Numbered from the stretch's first letter, positions 9,222-17,958 are shown. The stretch is 54,354 nucleotides of DNA from a virus (IMGVR_UViG_2541047692_000008:1-54354), one strand, 5' to 3'. The notes: generated by a model not told the origin, from the sequence alone. Made by a program: numbers and translations.

Positions 9222-9869
9222 ATGAAAACAAAATGGTATGACTTAGCAAAGCAGCTCATGCGGGCGCAGGGCATGAGCCAGGATTCGCTCGCGGATCGTA
9301 TGGGGATAACTAAAGGCGGCCTGTCACACTGGCTGAACGGTCGCCGAGAGCCAAATCTTGAAGATATTGCGCGGATTATGCGCGAGCTTGGTCGTCGGCA
9401 GTTTACTGTTACACATGATGGCATGGTCATTGATGATTCTGTTTCTAATACACTTCAGGCCGTGCCGCCGCGTGATTTAGGTAGTTACCCGGTTATTGAC
9501 TGGAAGGACACAGTAAACAATATGGATGACGCAAGGCGTTCAGCATTACGACACGTTACGACTAGCGTTATTTGTTCAGATGACAGTTACTGGCTGGTTG
9601 CCAAAGGTGAATCAATGAACGCGCCGCAGGGGTTGAGCATCCCGGCGGGGACGATGATACTTGTGGACCCGCACGCGCCAGCTATTGACGGCAAACTGGT
9701 TATAGCCCAGCTTGAGGAAGGGCAGATACCGACGTTTAAACAGTTGATTATTGATGGAGGTCAAAGGCTTTTACGTTCGCTCAATCCGCTGTATCCGCCA
9801 ATCCCTATGAATCCAGAATCAAAAATTATAGGCGTGGTGGTTGATGCGAAGATCGTAAACCTGCCATAA
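9222..9869 (+). CDS. cI-like repressor (HTH-XRE + S24 LexA-type peptidase)
   Basis: 215 aa; N-terminal HTH (MSQDSLADRMGITKGGLSHWLNGRR), C-terminal S24 signature ...VAKGESMNAPQG...GTMILVDP...GKLVIAQL. Confidence 0.85.
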   Translation: MKTKWYDLAKQLMRAQGMSQDSLADRMGITKGGLSHWLNGRREPNLEDIARIMRELGRRQFTVTHDGMVIDDSVSNTLQAVPPRDLGSYPVIDWKDTVNNMDDARRSALRHVTTSVICSDDSYWLVAKGESMNAPQGLSIPAGTMILVDPHAPAIDGKLVIAQLEEGQIPTFKQLIIDGGQRLLRSLNPLYPPIPMNPESKIIGVVVDAKIVNLP

Positions 9870-9875
9870 ACATTA

Positions 9876-9899
9876 GCCGCCGAATGGCGGCTTTTCTTT
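9876..9899 (+). terminator. Rho-independent terminator after repressor gene
   Basis: gccgcc-gaat-ggcggc stem-loop followed by ttttctttg. Confidence 0.6.
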
Positions 9900-10274
9900 G
9901 CCTGGAAAACACCAAAACGTAAACAGAAAACGTTATTTATTATTTAAATATCAATGGCATATAAAATATTTTAAAAAAGTATACAAAATGGATTGACTCG
10001 ATGTTTTACGGGGCGTATATTGCGAGTCAAAGGAAGGGCGCAGGTAACAAAAGCAACTTCCTGGCACTTTAAAAATCAGGCTTAACACCTTGTCAACCGT
10101 GGAGTAACTCCCCGATGGGGGACCGAAAGCGGCACTGATAACAAGGCGCATGGGGTGTTTAAAGCGTTACATCCCCCACGAAACCGCACGCAAGGCGACG
10201 AGTCAGCTTGCTTGGAGTGAGCAAGGTCACGCCGGGAACGGCGATGATTGCGGGATTAGTTGAAAGATGTTAAG

Positions 10275-10313
10275 CCGCTCATTAACAATCTGGTCAGCCG
10301 CTGGAAGTGCGGC
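10275..10313 (+). promoter_or_regulatory. Candidate nut site (boxA-like CGCTCATTAA + boxB-like hairpin)
   Basis: cgctcattaa resembles boxA consensus CGCTCTT(T)A; 11 nt later gccgc-tggaagt-gcggc hairpin with purine-rich loop; about 60-95 nt upstream of the N-like ORF. Confidence 0.45.
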
Positions 10314-10408
10314 AATTAACGAAGATGATTTTTTATTAAGTATCATCAAGGATATACGGAGATCAGATTATGAGCGTTACAATTATATATGGTAAATGTG
10401 ATAGCAAA

Positions 10409-10660
10409 ATGAATGCCAGGGAACGCAGAAGGATAAAAAGAGAAAACGAAAGAAAATCATCACCTGCAATCAATAAAACAGACAATGTGGATAAAGCTAT
10501 TCGATTTGCAAACGAGGAAAGATGCAAACCAAATAGCATTAAAGAACGTCGCAAAGGATCAGTAAAATGGTATACGGAAAATGAAAGCGGCAGCTACTAC
10601 CACGCAACGCAACCACGCCATTTAGGGGAAAAACCCCTGGATAAAGTCCGCTACCATTAA
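10409..10660 (+). CDS. N-like antitermination protein candidate (arginine-rich motif)
   Basis: Track ORF 10370..10660; internal ATG gives N-terminal MNARERRRIKRENERK arginine-rich motif like lambdoid N proteins; small basic protein at start of operon. Confidence 0.45.
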   Translation: MNARERRRIKRENERKSSPAINKTDNVDKAIRFANEERCKPNSIKERRKGSVKWYTENESGSYYHATQPRHLGEKPLDKVRYH

Positions 10661-10806
10661 TACAAAATGTAAACATCCGGAGATGACATTATGGTTATTC
10701 AGGCGCTTCAATTCAAACTGGCAGTAGCGGAAATGCTTCACGATGCCGAAATGTGGAGCGCCGCGAATAAAGCCTTATACATAGTGTTAACAGCACGGGA
10801 GATTAA

Positions 10807-11451
10807 ATGGTGAAAACAGAGTTACATAAAAAGCTATGGACGGTTCAGCAAACGCTGAACGCGCCGAAAAATCAGCGTAATAATTTTGGTGGATATAATT
10901 ACAGGTCGGCGGAGGATATTTTAGAGGCGGTTAAACCACTGCTTCAAAGTATTACGCTGACTGTAAGCGATGAAATTGTCCTGATCGGCAATCGCTATTA
11001 TGTGAAAGCTACGGCGACGCTAAGCGACGGTGAAGACGAAATAGCGGTAACGGCTTACGCCAGGGAAGAAGAAAGCAAGAAGGGAATGGACGCAAGCCAG
11101 CTAACAGGTGCGACATCAAGTTACGCGCGAAAATATGCTTTGAACGGTTTATTCTGCATTGATGATGCGCGAGATCCTGATACTGACGCATACGCTAAGC
11201 AGACAGGCCAGCAGCCTCGCCAGCAGAAAAACCCACCAAAACAACAACCACAGCAGCAGAAAGCGCCGCCAAATCCTGATGAAGTATTAGCACGTTTCTG
11301 TGATGCAGCAGCGAAAGCGCAGGACGCTAACAAGCTGCGTGAAATATTTGGCAAATGCTGGAAATTACTACCGGAAGGATCGGAACATCGAATCAAGGCA
11401 AAAGATGTTTATGACATCCGGGTAGCAGAGCTTAACGGGGAGATGGGTTAA
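10807..11451 (+). CDS. erf: Erf-family single-strand annealing protein
   Basis: 214 aa; LNAPKNQ..NFGGYNYRSAEDILEAVKPLL...IGNRYYVKATATLSDGE...GMDASQLTGATSSYARKYALNGLF closely parallels P22 Erf as recalled. Confidence 0.85.
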   Translation: MVKTELHKKLWTVQQTLNAPKNQRNNFGGYNYRSAEDILEAVKPLLQSITLTVSDEIVLIGNRYYVKATATLSDGEDEIAVTAYAREEESKKGMDASQLTGATSSYARKYALNGLFCIDDARDPDTDAYAKQTGQQPRQQKNPPKQQPQQQKAPPNPDEVLARFCDAAAKAQDANKLREIFGKCWKLLPEGSEHRIKAKDVYDIRVAELNGEMG

Positions 11452-11867
11452 TGAGTTTAAATTCAATCACGCTGGGCGGGAATATCGGTAATGATATGGA
11501 GGTTCGCTACACACAAAACGGGAAAGCGATTGGTAGTTTTCCGTTAGCTGTAACGAATGGCTACGGCGATAATAAGCGGACAATGTGGGTCACTTGCCTG
11601 GTATTTGGTGAGCGTGCGGAAAAATTAGCGCCACATATCCGCAAGGGTGGAAAAATAGTGGTAAGCGGTCGCCTGGATGTTCGGCAATATGACCGGAACG
11701 ACGGCACGAAGGGAACGGCGGTAGAAGTGGCGGTTAACGAATTTGAATTCATGAACGTTAACCAACAAGGCCAGCAGCAAGGCCAGCAGCAGAAAGCGCC
11801 ACCGCCTCAAAATAATAACGGGAATAATCCGCCGCCGATGGACTTCGACGATGATATTCCGTTCTGA
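11451..11867 (+). CDS. ssb: Single-stranded DNA-binding protein
   Basis: 138 aa; OB-fold region, Gln/Gly-rich linker and C-terminal DDDIPF tail. Confidence 0.85.
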   Translation: MSLNSITLGGNIGNDMEVRYTQNGKAIGSFPLAVTNGYGDNKRTMWVTCLVFGERAEKLAPHIRKGGKIVVSGRLDVRQYDRNDGTKGTAVEVAVNEFEFMNVNQQGQQQGQQQKAPPPQNNNGNNPPPMDFDDDIPF

Positions 11868-11882
11868 TTCAATAGGTTAGCG

Positions 11883-12161
11883 ATGGGTGATTATTTAAAA
11901 GCACCGCCGCCGCCGCGAACAAAAGAGCAAGTTTTAAGAGAAGCCCGTGATCAAATCGATCGCGGGCTTTTTTTATGCGGCACGGCAGCGGATCGAATGG
12001 CGAAAAGATTTAGTGACCTGTACGCAAAGCAAATATGGTTCGACAACTGGCAGGCAAGTTTTTACCCACTACAGAAAGCTGATGATATGCATTGGCCTGA
12101 ATATGTCGATCCACGTATGCGCAAATATCGCGGGCGTATGGGCCAGGTTATTAACGATTAA
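11883..12161 (+). CDS. Hypothetical protein (92 aa)
   Basis: ORF in operon context. Confidence 0.5.
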   Translation: MGDYLKAPPPPRTKEQVLREARDQIDRGLFLCGTAADRMAKRFSDLYAKQIWFDNWQASFYPLQKADDMHWPEYVDPRMRKYRGRMGQVIND

Positions 12162-12175
12162 TGAGGTATTAAATC

Positions 12176-12400
12176 ATGATCGAAGATAAAGAAGTTGACG
12201 GAGAAATTCCTGACGGCGCTGATGAGCTTATCACTTTCGGCGGCGGGCTGTACGAATTCGAGACGTCTGCGGGCTGGGTTGATAAATGGCCTTTCCCTAC
12301 TCGACAGGAATTAAGCGAACGTAAATCATTTGGCGAAGATGCCGAACGCCTGGCGAATAATAAATGGTTGGATAAATTTATTGCGGAGGCTGATAAATGA
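12176..12400 (+). CDS. Hypothetical protein (74 aa)
   Basis: ORF in operon context. Confidence 0.5.
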   Translation: MIEDKEVDGEIPDGADELITFGGGLYEFETSAGWVDKWPFPTRQELSERKSFGEDAERLANNKWLDKFIAEADK

Positions 12401-12516
12401 GCATGGTAAAAATTGCGGCATTAGCCGCCGCCTTCGTTATTGGGGTGATTTATATCACAGCTTCTTTTTATGTCGCCGTTTTTATTGCTGAATTAATTGT
12501 TGCATTGTTGGGGTGA
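12397..12516 (+). CDS. Small single-helix membrane peptide (39 aa)
   Basis: Hand-found: MSMVKIAALAAAFVIGVIYITASFYVAVFIAELIVALLG; ATG overlaps previous stop (ATGA). Confidence 0.35.
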   Translation: MSMVKIAALAAAFVIGVIYITASFYVAVFIAELIVALLG

Positions 12517-12519
12517 GTT

Positions 12520-12639
12520 ATGAAGGTTTGCAAGAATATTGTGAGGGTCGCTTTTTGCGTTATTTGTTTCCTGTTTACGATTGTGTTTTGCGGCGCACTT
12601 GCGGCGGTGATTAGCTTTATTTGTAAAGGGGCGATGTGA
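12520..12639 (+). CDS. Small single-helix membrane peptide (39 aa)
   Basis: Hand-found: MKVCKNIVRVAFCVICFLFTIVFCGALAAVISFICKGAM; stop overlaps next start (TGATG). Confidence 0.35.
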   Translation: MKVCKNIVRVAFCVICFLFTIVFCGALAAVISFICKGAM

Positions 12640-12911
12640 TGGTTACTTGGAATGTAAAAGAGGGCGATCTTGTTGTTTTGCCAGAATATCGTAGCGACCC
12701 TGGTCTGGTTGTGCTGAACAAGACATATAACGATCTTGAACGCCCGATCCTGGTTAAATATCTGGATGGAACAATTATAGAGCCGCGTTTCTTCGACAAG
12801 ATTGAACTGAAGGCCCGCAATGTTCGCGTTAAGCCGTTCCGGGCTTATGTTGAAAACCACTGGCGGAAATTGTTCGCCGGACTGAATGGGATGTTCGGCG
12901 TATGGCTATAA
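12639..12911 (+). CDS. Hypothetical protein (90 aa)
   Basis: Track ORF 12636..12911 (GTG); ATG at 12639. Confidence 0.5.
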   Translation: MVTWNVKEGDLVVLPEYRSDPGLVVLNKTYNDLERPILVKYLDGTIIEPRFFDKIELKARNVRVKPFRAYVENHWRKLFAGLNGMFGVWL

Positions 12912-13093
12912 AAGAAGTAAAGGTTAAACACCTGAAAGGTGGGGAGCGCTTAAAGGCGTGGTGGGGCCGTGAATTTACAGCTACTGCTTTCAGATTCAGG
13001 CAAGGCGGAGAGGTCATTATATACGACGAAAACATGGATGAAGTTGGTAAATGGCATCTTGAGCAATATGTCGAGGTGTTAAATGAAAATTAA
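12902..13093 (+). CDS. Hypothetical protein (63 aa)
   Basis: ORF in operon context. Confidence 0.45.
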   Translation: MAIKEVKVKHLKGGERLKAWWGREFTATAFRFRQGGEVIIYDENMDEVGKWHLEQYVEVLNEN

Positions 13094-13415
13094 ATTCCAC
13101 AAAGCGTATGACGCTAACACAAACAAGCTATCACTATTTATCGAATTCGAACGCCGGATCGTGGTAGCGCCTTGGTCGCGGCGCTTTAATGACGCCGCCG
13201 GACGTAGACAATTCGCGGTCGATATGCTGTTACGCGGCTGCGGCCTTATGCGTCCGCTATCTGATTTAAAACGAATGATGCCGGGATCGTTCGGTCAGAT
13301 TGATGAAATAGAAATAAGCCCGGAAGAACTGAAACGTGAGCGTGATTTATTCCTTTCAAGCGAAGGAAACCCGTTTAATTCAGAAACTGAAATGAAATGG
13401 CATCATCCACTATAA
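13083..13415 (+). CDS. Hypothetical protein (110 aa)
   Basis: ORF in operon context. Confidence 0.5.
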   Translation: MKIKFHKAYDANTNKLSLFIEFERRIVVAPWSRRFNDAAGRRQFAVDMLLRGCGLMRPLSDLKRMMPGSFGQIDEIEISPEELKRERDLFLSSEGNPFNSETEMKWHHPL

Positions 13416-14047
13416 GGGTAAATATTATGAACAATATCAAAACGGCTTATTCACTCGGCAGCGAAGGCATGTTAATTACTCGCGACACAGAGGACGCGAG
13501 CTTTCACGAAGTGGTAACTAAGGATTATCACGAAGTTTTAAAAGATATGGAAGCAGGAGTGTATGACAGTGACTTAAATCTGGCGCTACAGATTGTTGAT
13601 ATTATGATGGATGCATCAATCCGCGATTACGTGTCTTTAAGCATGGAAGAAAAAACATCGGTAGCGCGTTATGTGTTCTGCCTCACTTTCGTAAGACGCA
13701 TGGAGGAGGAATTCGGACGCGCACCAGTGCCGGAAGATGTTGATCCGCTCGCGTTCGGAAGTGCTGTTATTTTCCCGTTGAACAAGGATCGGCTTGGCAG
13801 TGTTTCACTGCATTCTATGCGCGCCCTGATGAAAAAGGTCTTTGAGGTTAAGATGTTGCAGAAATTTATTGAGGAAGGACACGAAGAAGTGAACGTTAAG
13901 GCGTTTATTCCGGTGCTTTACGGAAATTTTGTTGGCGATGATATGCGCGCTAATGAATTAGGCGTACAGGCGGCTATAGCTACGCTTAACGAAGCAATGA
14001 AAAGTGCACAGCCTATTCATGAACAGGAAAAACGTGTACTGCATTAA
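13397..14047 (+). CDS. Hypothetical protein (216 aa)
   Basis: ORF in operon context; no family recognised. Confidence 0.5.
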   Translation: MASSTIRVNIMNNIKTAYSLGSEGMLITRDTEDASFHEVVTKDYHEVLKDMEAGVYDSDLNLALQIVDIMMDASIRDYVSLSMEEKTSVARYVFCLTFVRRMEEEFGRAPVPEDVDPLAFGSAVIFPLNKDRLGSVSLHSMRALMKKVFEVKMLQKFIEEGHEEVNVKAFIPVLYGNFVGDDMRANELGVQAAIATLNEAMKSAQPIHEQEKRVLH

Positions 14048-14050
14048 CAG

Positions 14051-14066
14051 CGTGATTGCGATCACA
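14051..14066. promoter_or_regulatory. GTGA-N6-TCACA palindrome with GATC (CRP-like site)
   Basis: cgtgattgcgatcaca; followed by atacattttgtat motif; intergenic upstream of gene 14147. Confidence 0.4.
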
Positions 14067-14146
14067 TAAATATACATTTTGTATTGTGATTGCATATCCG
14101 TTTTGTAAGCCGAAATCAAAAGGTTTACGGTGCGGAGGAAAACAAG

Positions 14147-14365
14147 ATGGCCCGCGAATTAATGCTTTATTGTGTTGAGGGTGGCGTAGGTAGTAATGCC
14201 TATGTCGCCGGGAAAGGCTATCCAGCCGATGAAGTGCTTTCTAATATGCACTTCCGGGAAAATGAAAGCCGGGTGTCTGTGTGGAAACGGTGCATTGATG
14301 GTATTGAGGTTGTAAGTATCGAACGGTATTTAGGCACGTTTGATTACGGTGTTATTGAGGCTTAA
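14147..14365 (+). CDS. Hypothetical protein (72 aa)
   Basis: Track ORF 14090..14365; internal ATG preceded by ggaggaaaacaag RBS. Confidence 0.45.
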   Translation: MARELMLYCVEGGVGSNAYVAGKGYPADEVLSNMHFRENESRVSVWKRCIDGIEVVSIERYLGTFDYGVIEA

Positions 14366-14463
14366 TTATGGACGACACATTGTTTTATATGTGCTGTTGC
14401 TGGGGTTTTATTGCCTTATGTCTGTTTATCAGGTGGTTTATTGAATACCATATGAGGTGAGGC

Positions 14464-14658
14464 ATGGAACAGAAAACTGATTATAGAATACCTGATGGCC
14501 TAAAATTAGTTGGCATTGGTTTCGGGTGTAGATTTGTATCTGACGCAAAAGGAGCGATTTATTTAATACGTCTTATTGATGGCGTTCAACATATAAGGAG
14601 ATTAGGAATTTACATCAAAGCATTCAGAAGAGGTTATTTAAAAACTCATGAAATTTAA
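14464..14658 (+). CDS. Hypothetical protein (64 aa)
   Basis: ORF only; weak support. Confidence 0.35.
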   Translation: MEQKTDYRIPDGLKLVGIGFGCRFVSDAKGAIYLIRLIDGVQHIRRLGIYIKAFRRGYLKTHEI

Positions 14659-14851
14659 ACATTACATGGAATGGAAAATTCCAGAAGCAGCAACAAAGGC
14701 AGCGCCAGGAAATGTTTCTGGCGTTTATTTTTATATGGATGGCAAATGGTATTTCGGCAGCAGGCCGGATCGCTACTATCAAGAAATATGCAAGCCTCAC
14801 GTATGGGATATTAAAGAGCGCGTGAAAGGCGGGGTAATTGAGGACGTTTAA
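14648..14851 (+). CDS. Hypothetical protein (67 aa)
   Basis: ORF in operon context. Confidence 0.45.
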   Translation: MKFKHYMEWKIPEAATKAAPGNVSGVYFYMDGKWYFGSRPDRYYQEICKPHVWDIKERVKGGVIEDV

Positions 14852-14852
14852 A

Positions 14853-15080
14853 ATGATGCGTGCAATTATTGACTTCATTATTGGATGGTTATTTTGTTCT
14901 TTTTTCGTATTCTCATGTATAGCTACGGTTTTTATTGGAATTTTATGTGGTGTGTCGTTTGTTACATGGGAGCTACCAGAAATTCCATCACCTGATGATG
15001 CGCTTTATATATTAAGGGTTATTATTGCTGTTAGTGTATTTGTTGGGTTCTTTTTCGCTGATTCTACTGATGATTTATAA
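14853..15080 (+). CDS. Small integral membrane protein (75 aa)
   Basis: Two or three hydrophobic segments (IIGWLFCSFFVFSCIATVFIGILCGVSFV..., VIIAVSVFVGFFF). Confidence 0.45.
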   Translation: MMRAIIDFIIGWLFCSFFVFSCIATVFIGILCGVSFVTWELPEIPSPDDALYILRVIIAVSVFVGFFFADSTDDL

Positions 15081-15081
15081 A

Positions 15082-15315
15082 ATGGCTTTATTTAACCTGT
15101 CAGAGCCGCAATTTAACGCCGTAAAGACTGCCGCCCGCGCCGCGCTTTCGGCCTGCAAGGCGGAGGTAGAAAAGAACGGATACAGCGATAAAGCCACGCG
15201 GCTGATATTAGATAAGCATTATCGCAAGGTCGCCCCGCTAATCAGTATTGAGCGTTTTGTGTGGTTGGTGGGGTATCTGAATAACCGCTGGGGAACGGAA
15301 CAGGATTATTTCTAG
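15082..15315 (+). CDS. Hypothetical protein (77 aa)
   Basis: ATG at 15082 right after previous stop; track ORF 15025..15315 starts earlier. Confidence 0.45.
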   Translation: MALFNLSEPQFNAVKTAARAALSACKAEVEKNGYSDKATRLILDKHYRKVAPLISIERFVWLVGYLNNRWGTEQDYF

Positions 15316-15324
15316 GTGGACGTA

Positions 15325-15864
15325 ATGAAAAATGATTACGGCGGCAGCCATACGCCGAAAGAAATAAAAGACTTATGGCAAACGCCAAAACCCGTTTTTA
15401 GAGGAATGGATCGGGAATTCGAGTTCGTCGCGGATGTGGCGGCAAACAAGGAAAACGCATTAATCCCGCGATATATAACCGAAGAAATGGACACGCTCCA
15501 TTATCCGTGGGGAGCGGTGGCGATGCCTGGTGAGTATGTCTGGATGAATCCGCCATATTCTAATCCGGGACCATTCGTTGATAAGGCGGCGCTTGAACAT
15601 CAACGAAATCACATTGGCTGTGTAATGCTATTGCCCGCTGACATTTCTGTTAGCTGGTTTATGAACGGCGTGGAGACGGCAAACGAATGCCGATTAATCA
15701 CGCGCGGGCGGCTGGCGTTTATCAATGCTGCAACAGGGAAACCAGTAAGCGGGAACAATAAGGGGAGCTTGTTCTTGATCTGGCATCCACGATGCAGACA
15801 TGAATGTATTTTCACGCAGATAACACGTAAAGAGCTATACGCGAGAGGCGCAAATAATGACTAA
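15325..15864 (+). CDS. dam: Phage N6-adenine DNA methyltransferase (Dam-like)
   Basis: Contains MNPPYS (NPPY catalytic motif) and surrounding pattern typical of phage Dam methylases; aggtgga RBS before ATG 15325. Confidence 0.75.
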   Translation: MKNDYGGSHTPKEIKDLWQTPKPVFRGMDREFEFVADVAANKENALIPRYITEEMDTLHYPWGAVAMPGEYVWMNPPYSNPGPFVDKAALEHQRNHIGCVMLLPADISVSWFMNGVETANECRLITRGRLAFINAATGKPVSGNNKGSLFLIWHPRCRHECIFTQITRKELYARGANND

Positions 15865-16265
15865 GGCAGCAGATTTATTAAGACTTGCAGCAGAAACCAT
15901 AGAGCAAAGAGGTAAGCAAAACGGCTACGACAAAAAAGAGGAAAAATCAGCGCCAAAAATAGCCACTATTTACAACGCTAAGAAGGGGGGCAGATTTAAC
16001 CACGCTTGATGTATGGGATCTGCTAATTTGTCTCAAGGAGGCGCGTTTAGAGGCTATTTTGAGCAATAACAGCGATCCGACAGACACACTAATTGATTTA
16101 ATTAGCTATAACGCGCTAAAAGCTGAGCAAATATTAACGGAGCGGGAGGAAGAGCAAAAGAAAAAACAGGGCGTTTTTGATCTCCCTATCGGTGGATTGA
16201 AGAAAACTTTTGCTGACCTTGCCGGACCAGAACCATCTATTGTACCGGGGCAATCCCACCTGTGA
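15857..16265 (+). pseudogene. Possible single gene split at a G6 homopolymer (15985-15990)
   Basis: ORF 15857..16009 (50 aa) and ORF 16059..16265 (TTG-initiated in the track) join into one ~136 aa reading frame if the G6 run is one G shorter. Confidence 0.3.
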
Positions 16266-16349
16266 TGTTTAACGGTGGTGAGATTACTAATTGGCTTGAT
16301 GTGAAGTTTGACAACGAATCGCTATTACGCGCGGCGGGGTATCATAAAA

Positions 16350-16853
16350 ATGGAAAGGGTGACAATTGACAGGTTATTAGCCTGCGTTTATGTCGCCGTT
16401 TTTGTGATCATCAATCTTATTGTTAATCATTGCGGCCCGTGGGTAATTCCGATCACCACGGTAGCCGCCGTGTGTGTCAATATGATGATCCGTGACCTCC
16501 TGTTATATGACGGCGGCCTGAAATGGTCGGCTACAACATGCGCCGCCGCTGGCGCAATCACGGTGCTGATAAATTACGACGCCGGAATGGTGGCGATCGC
16601 GTCATTCGTTGCGGTTGTTTCCGGTGCACTTATTTCTGGCGGCGTTTACCGGGTTTTGCCTGGTGGCTTTGATTCTAAACGTTGGCCTGCAAATATAGCG
16701 TCCGCCATTGGTGATGCGTTAATTTTTCCTACGCTATCGTTTATGGCGTTTATGCCGGAAATATCAGCTATGCAATTCATCTCAAAAATGGCAGCGGTAA
16801 CGGTGATCACCATCATTATGCGCCGCTATTTCACGTTTGAGGGTAGAAAATGA
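16350..16853 (+). CDS. VUT/DUF165-family membrane protein (YhhQ-like, queuosine-precursor transporter family)
   Basis: Multi-pass membrane protein; ...ASAIGDALIFPTLSFMAF... resembles the conserved GN.SDT.AFF region of YhhQ as recalled; track ORF starts TTG at 16308. Confidence 0.55.
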   Translation: MERVTIDRLLACVYVAVFVIINLIVNHCGPWVIPITTVAAVCVNMMIRDLLLYDGGLKWSATTCAAAGAITVLINYDAGMVAIASFVAVVSGALISGGVYRVLPGGFDSKRWPANIASAIGDALIFPTLSFMAFMPEISAMQFISKMAAVTVITIIMRRYFTFEGRK

Positions 16854-17608
16854 GCAGGGCTAAACATTGGTTAAATAATTGGCTTAGAAGTTGGGTGGTG
16901 TGGTCGCTGTACGACGGCAGCGGGTACGCCGTTAAAGATTGGGCGGAAGCTGGATATAAGTGCTATTGCTTCAACTATGACGGCGCAAATCACGGAGATT
17001 ATGAAGGCGTTAAAATCATTCATCCAAATATTGAATACGTTAACGTCTGGATTGATAGCCATTTCCTGGTAATGTTCTCCCCTGAATTGTCTGTTTATCC
17101 AGAGCCTGACATTATCCTGGGCTTTCCTCCATGCGACGATCTCGCTGTGTCAGGCGCTCGCTGGTTCGTTGATAAATACAGGAAAGATCCTTGTTTTCAG
17201 AATAGGGCGGCAAGAAACGCAATGTTGGTTGAATCTCTGGCTAACATGTATAACGTGCCGTGGATGGTGGAGAATCCTGTTGGTGTGCTGTCAACGCTAT
17301 GGCGTAAACCGGATTTTATCTTCAATCCTTGCGCTTACGGTGGCTACCTGCCGGAAGATGACAAGCATCCTGCTTTCCCTGATGTTTACCCACCGCGCGA
17401 CGCGTACACGAAGAAAACTTGCATATGGTGCGGCAACGGATTCAGGCAGCCGCTTTTTAGACCTGTAGATCTTAACTCTGGTGATAACCCTGGGTGGGCG
17501 AAAACCGGAGGCAGGACGAAACGAACAAAGATGATCCGCTCACTAACACCGCGTGGCTTTGCCCGTGCTGTATTCCTGGCTAACCATGACCGCGTTTTAT
17601 CGGACTGA
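16850..17608 (+). CDS. Divergent DNA C5-cytosine methyltransferase-like protein
   Basis: Motif I-like LYDGSGYA, motif IV-like GFPPCDD (PC followed by D instead of Q), motif VI-like VENPVG; translationally coupled to the VUT gene. Confidence 0.5.
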   Translation: MSRAKHWLNNWLRSWVVWSLYDGSGYAVKDWAEAGYKCYCFNYDGANHGDYEGVKIIHPNIEYVNVWIDSHFLVMFSPELSVYPEPDIILGFPPCDDLAVSGARWFVDKYRKDPCFQNRAARNAMLVESLANMYNVPWMVENPVGVLSTLWRKPDFIFNPCAYGGYLPEDDKHPAFPDVYPPRDAYTKKTCIWCGNGFRQPLFRPVDLNSGDNPGWAKTGGRTKRTKMIRSLTPRGFARAVFLANHDRVLSD

Positions 17609-17630
17609 AGTTTACAAAATGGCGTCATTG

Positions 17631-17646
17631 CGTGATATGGATCACA
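17631..17646. promoter_or_regulatory. GTGA-N6-TCACA palindrome with GATC (CRP-like site)
   Basis: cgtgatatggatcaca flanked by inverted tttacaaaatgg (17611-17622) and ccattttgtata (17678-17689). Confidence 0.4.
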
Positions 17647-17767
17647 TAATGGCGCTTTTCGCCTTGTTCTGGTGCATCCATTTTGTATACTTCAAGCAAA
17701 CAAAATGCTCTTTAAAAATCCGGCAGCGCTGAAATGCGTAGAAATCACCTGAAAAGGAGAGAGCATT

Positions 17768-17944
17768 ATGTCTTTTGATGATTACCAATGGCATGACGAC
17801 TATGAACGAGAAAGCGTTATGCGTGCAATGTGCAATGTATGCAGCACGAAGAAAGGAGGCTGTAACGAGTGCAACGAATGCTTAGAACATTGGCTAAGGG
17901 CCGGACACGCCGAAAGGCTGAACGAAACAGAGAATCAAAAATAA
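17768..17944 (+). CDS. ninF: NinF-like small cysteine-rich protein (58 aa)
   Basis: Hand-found; aaggagag RBS; ...ERESVMRAMCNVCSTKKGGCNECNEC... parallels lambda NinF pattern; precedes ninG as in lambda. Confidence 0.5.
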   Translation: MSFDDYQWHDDYERESVMRAMCNVCSTKKGGCNECNECLEHWLRAGHAERLNETENQK

Positions 17945-17958
17945 TCGGGGTGGTTTTT

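Noticed and set aside
9951-10151. 66 aa minus-strand ORF in the leader between the repressor and the N-like gene.
   Set aside because: Opposite strand to all flanking transcription, no RBS, AT-rich leader sequence; more likely regulatory RNA or promoter DNA.
16265-16369. 34-codon ORF (MFNGGEITNWLDVKF...) between the G-tract ORF and the VUT gene, and a 41-codon ORF at 10700..10825 before erf.
   Set aside because: Short, weak or absent RBS and no hydrophobic or other distinctive character; not enough evidence to call.
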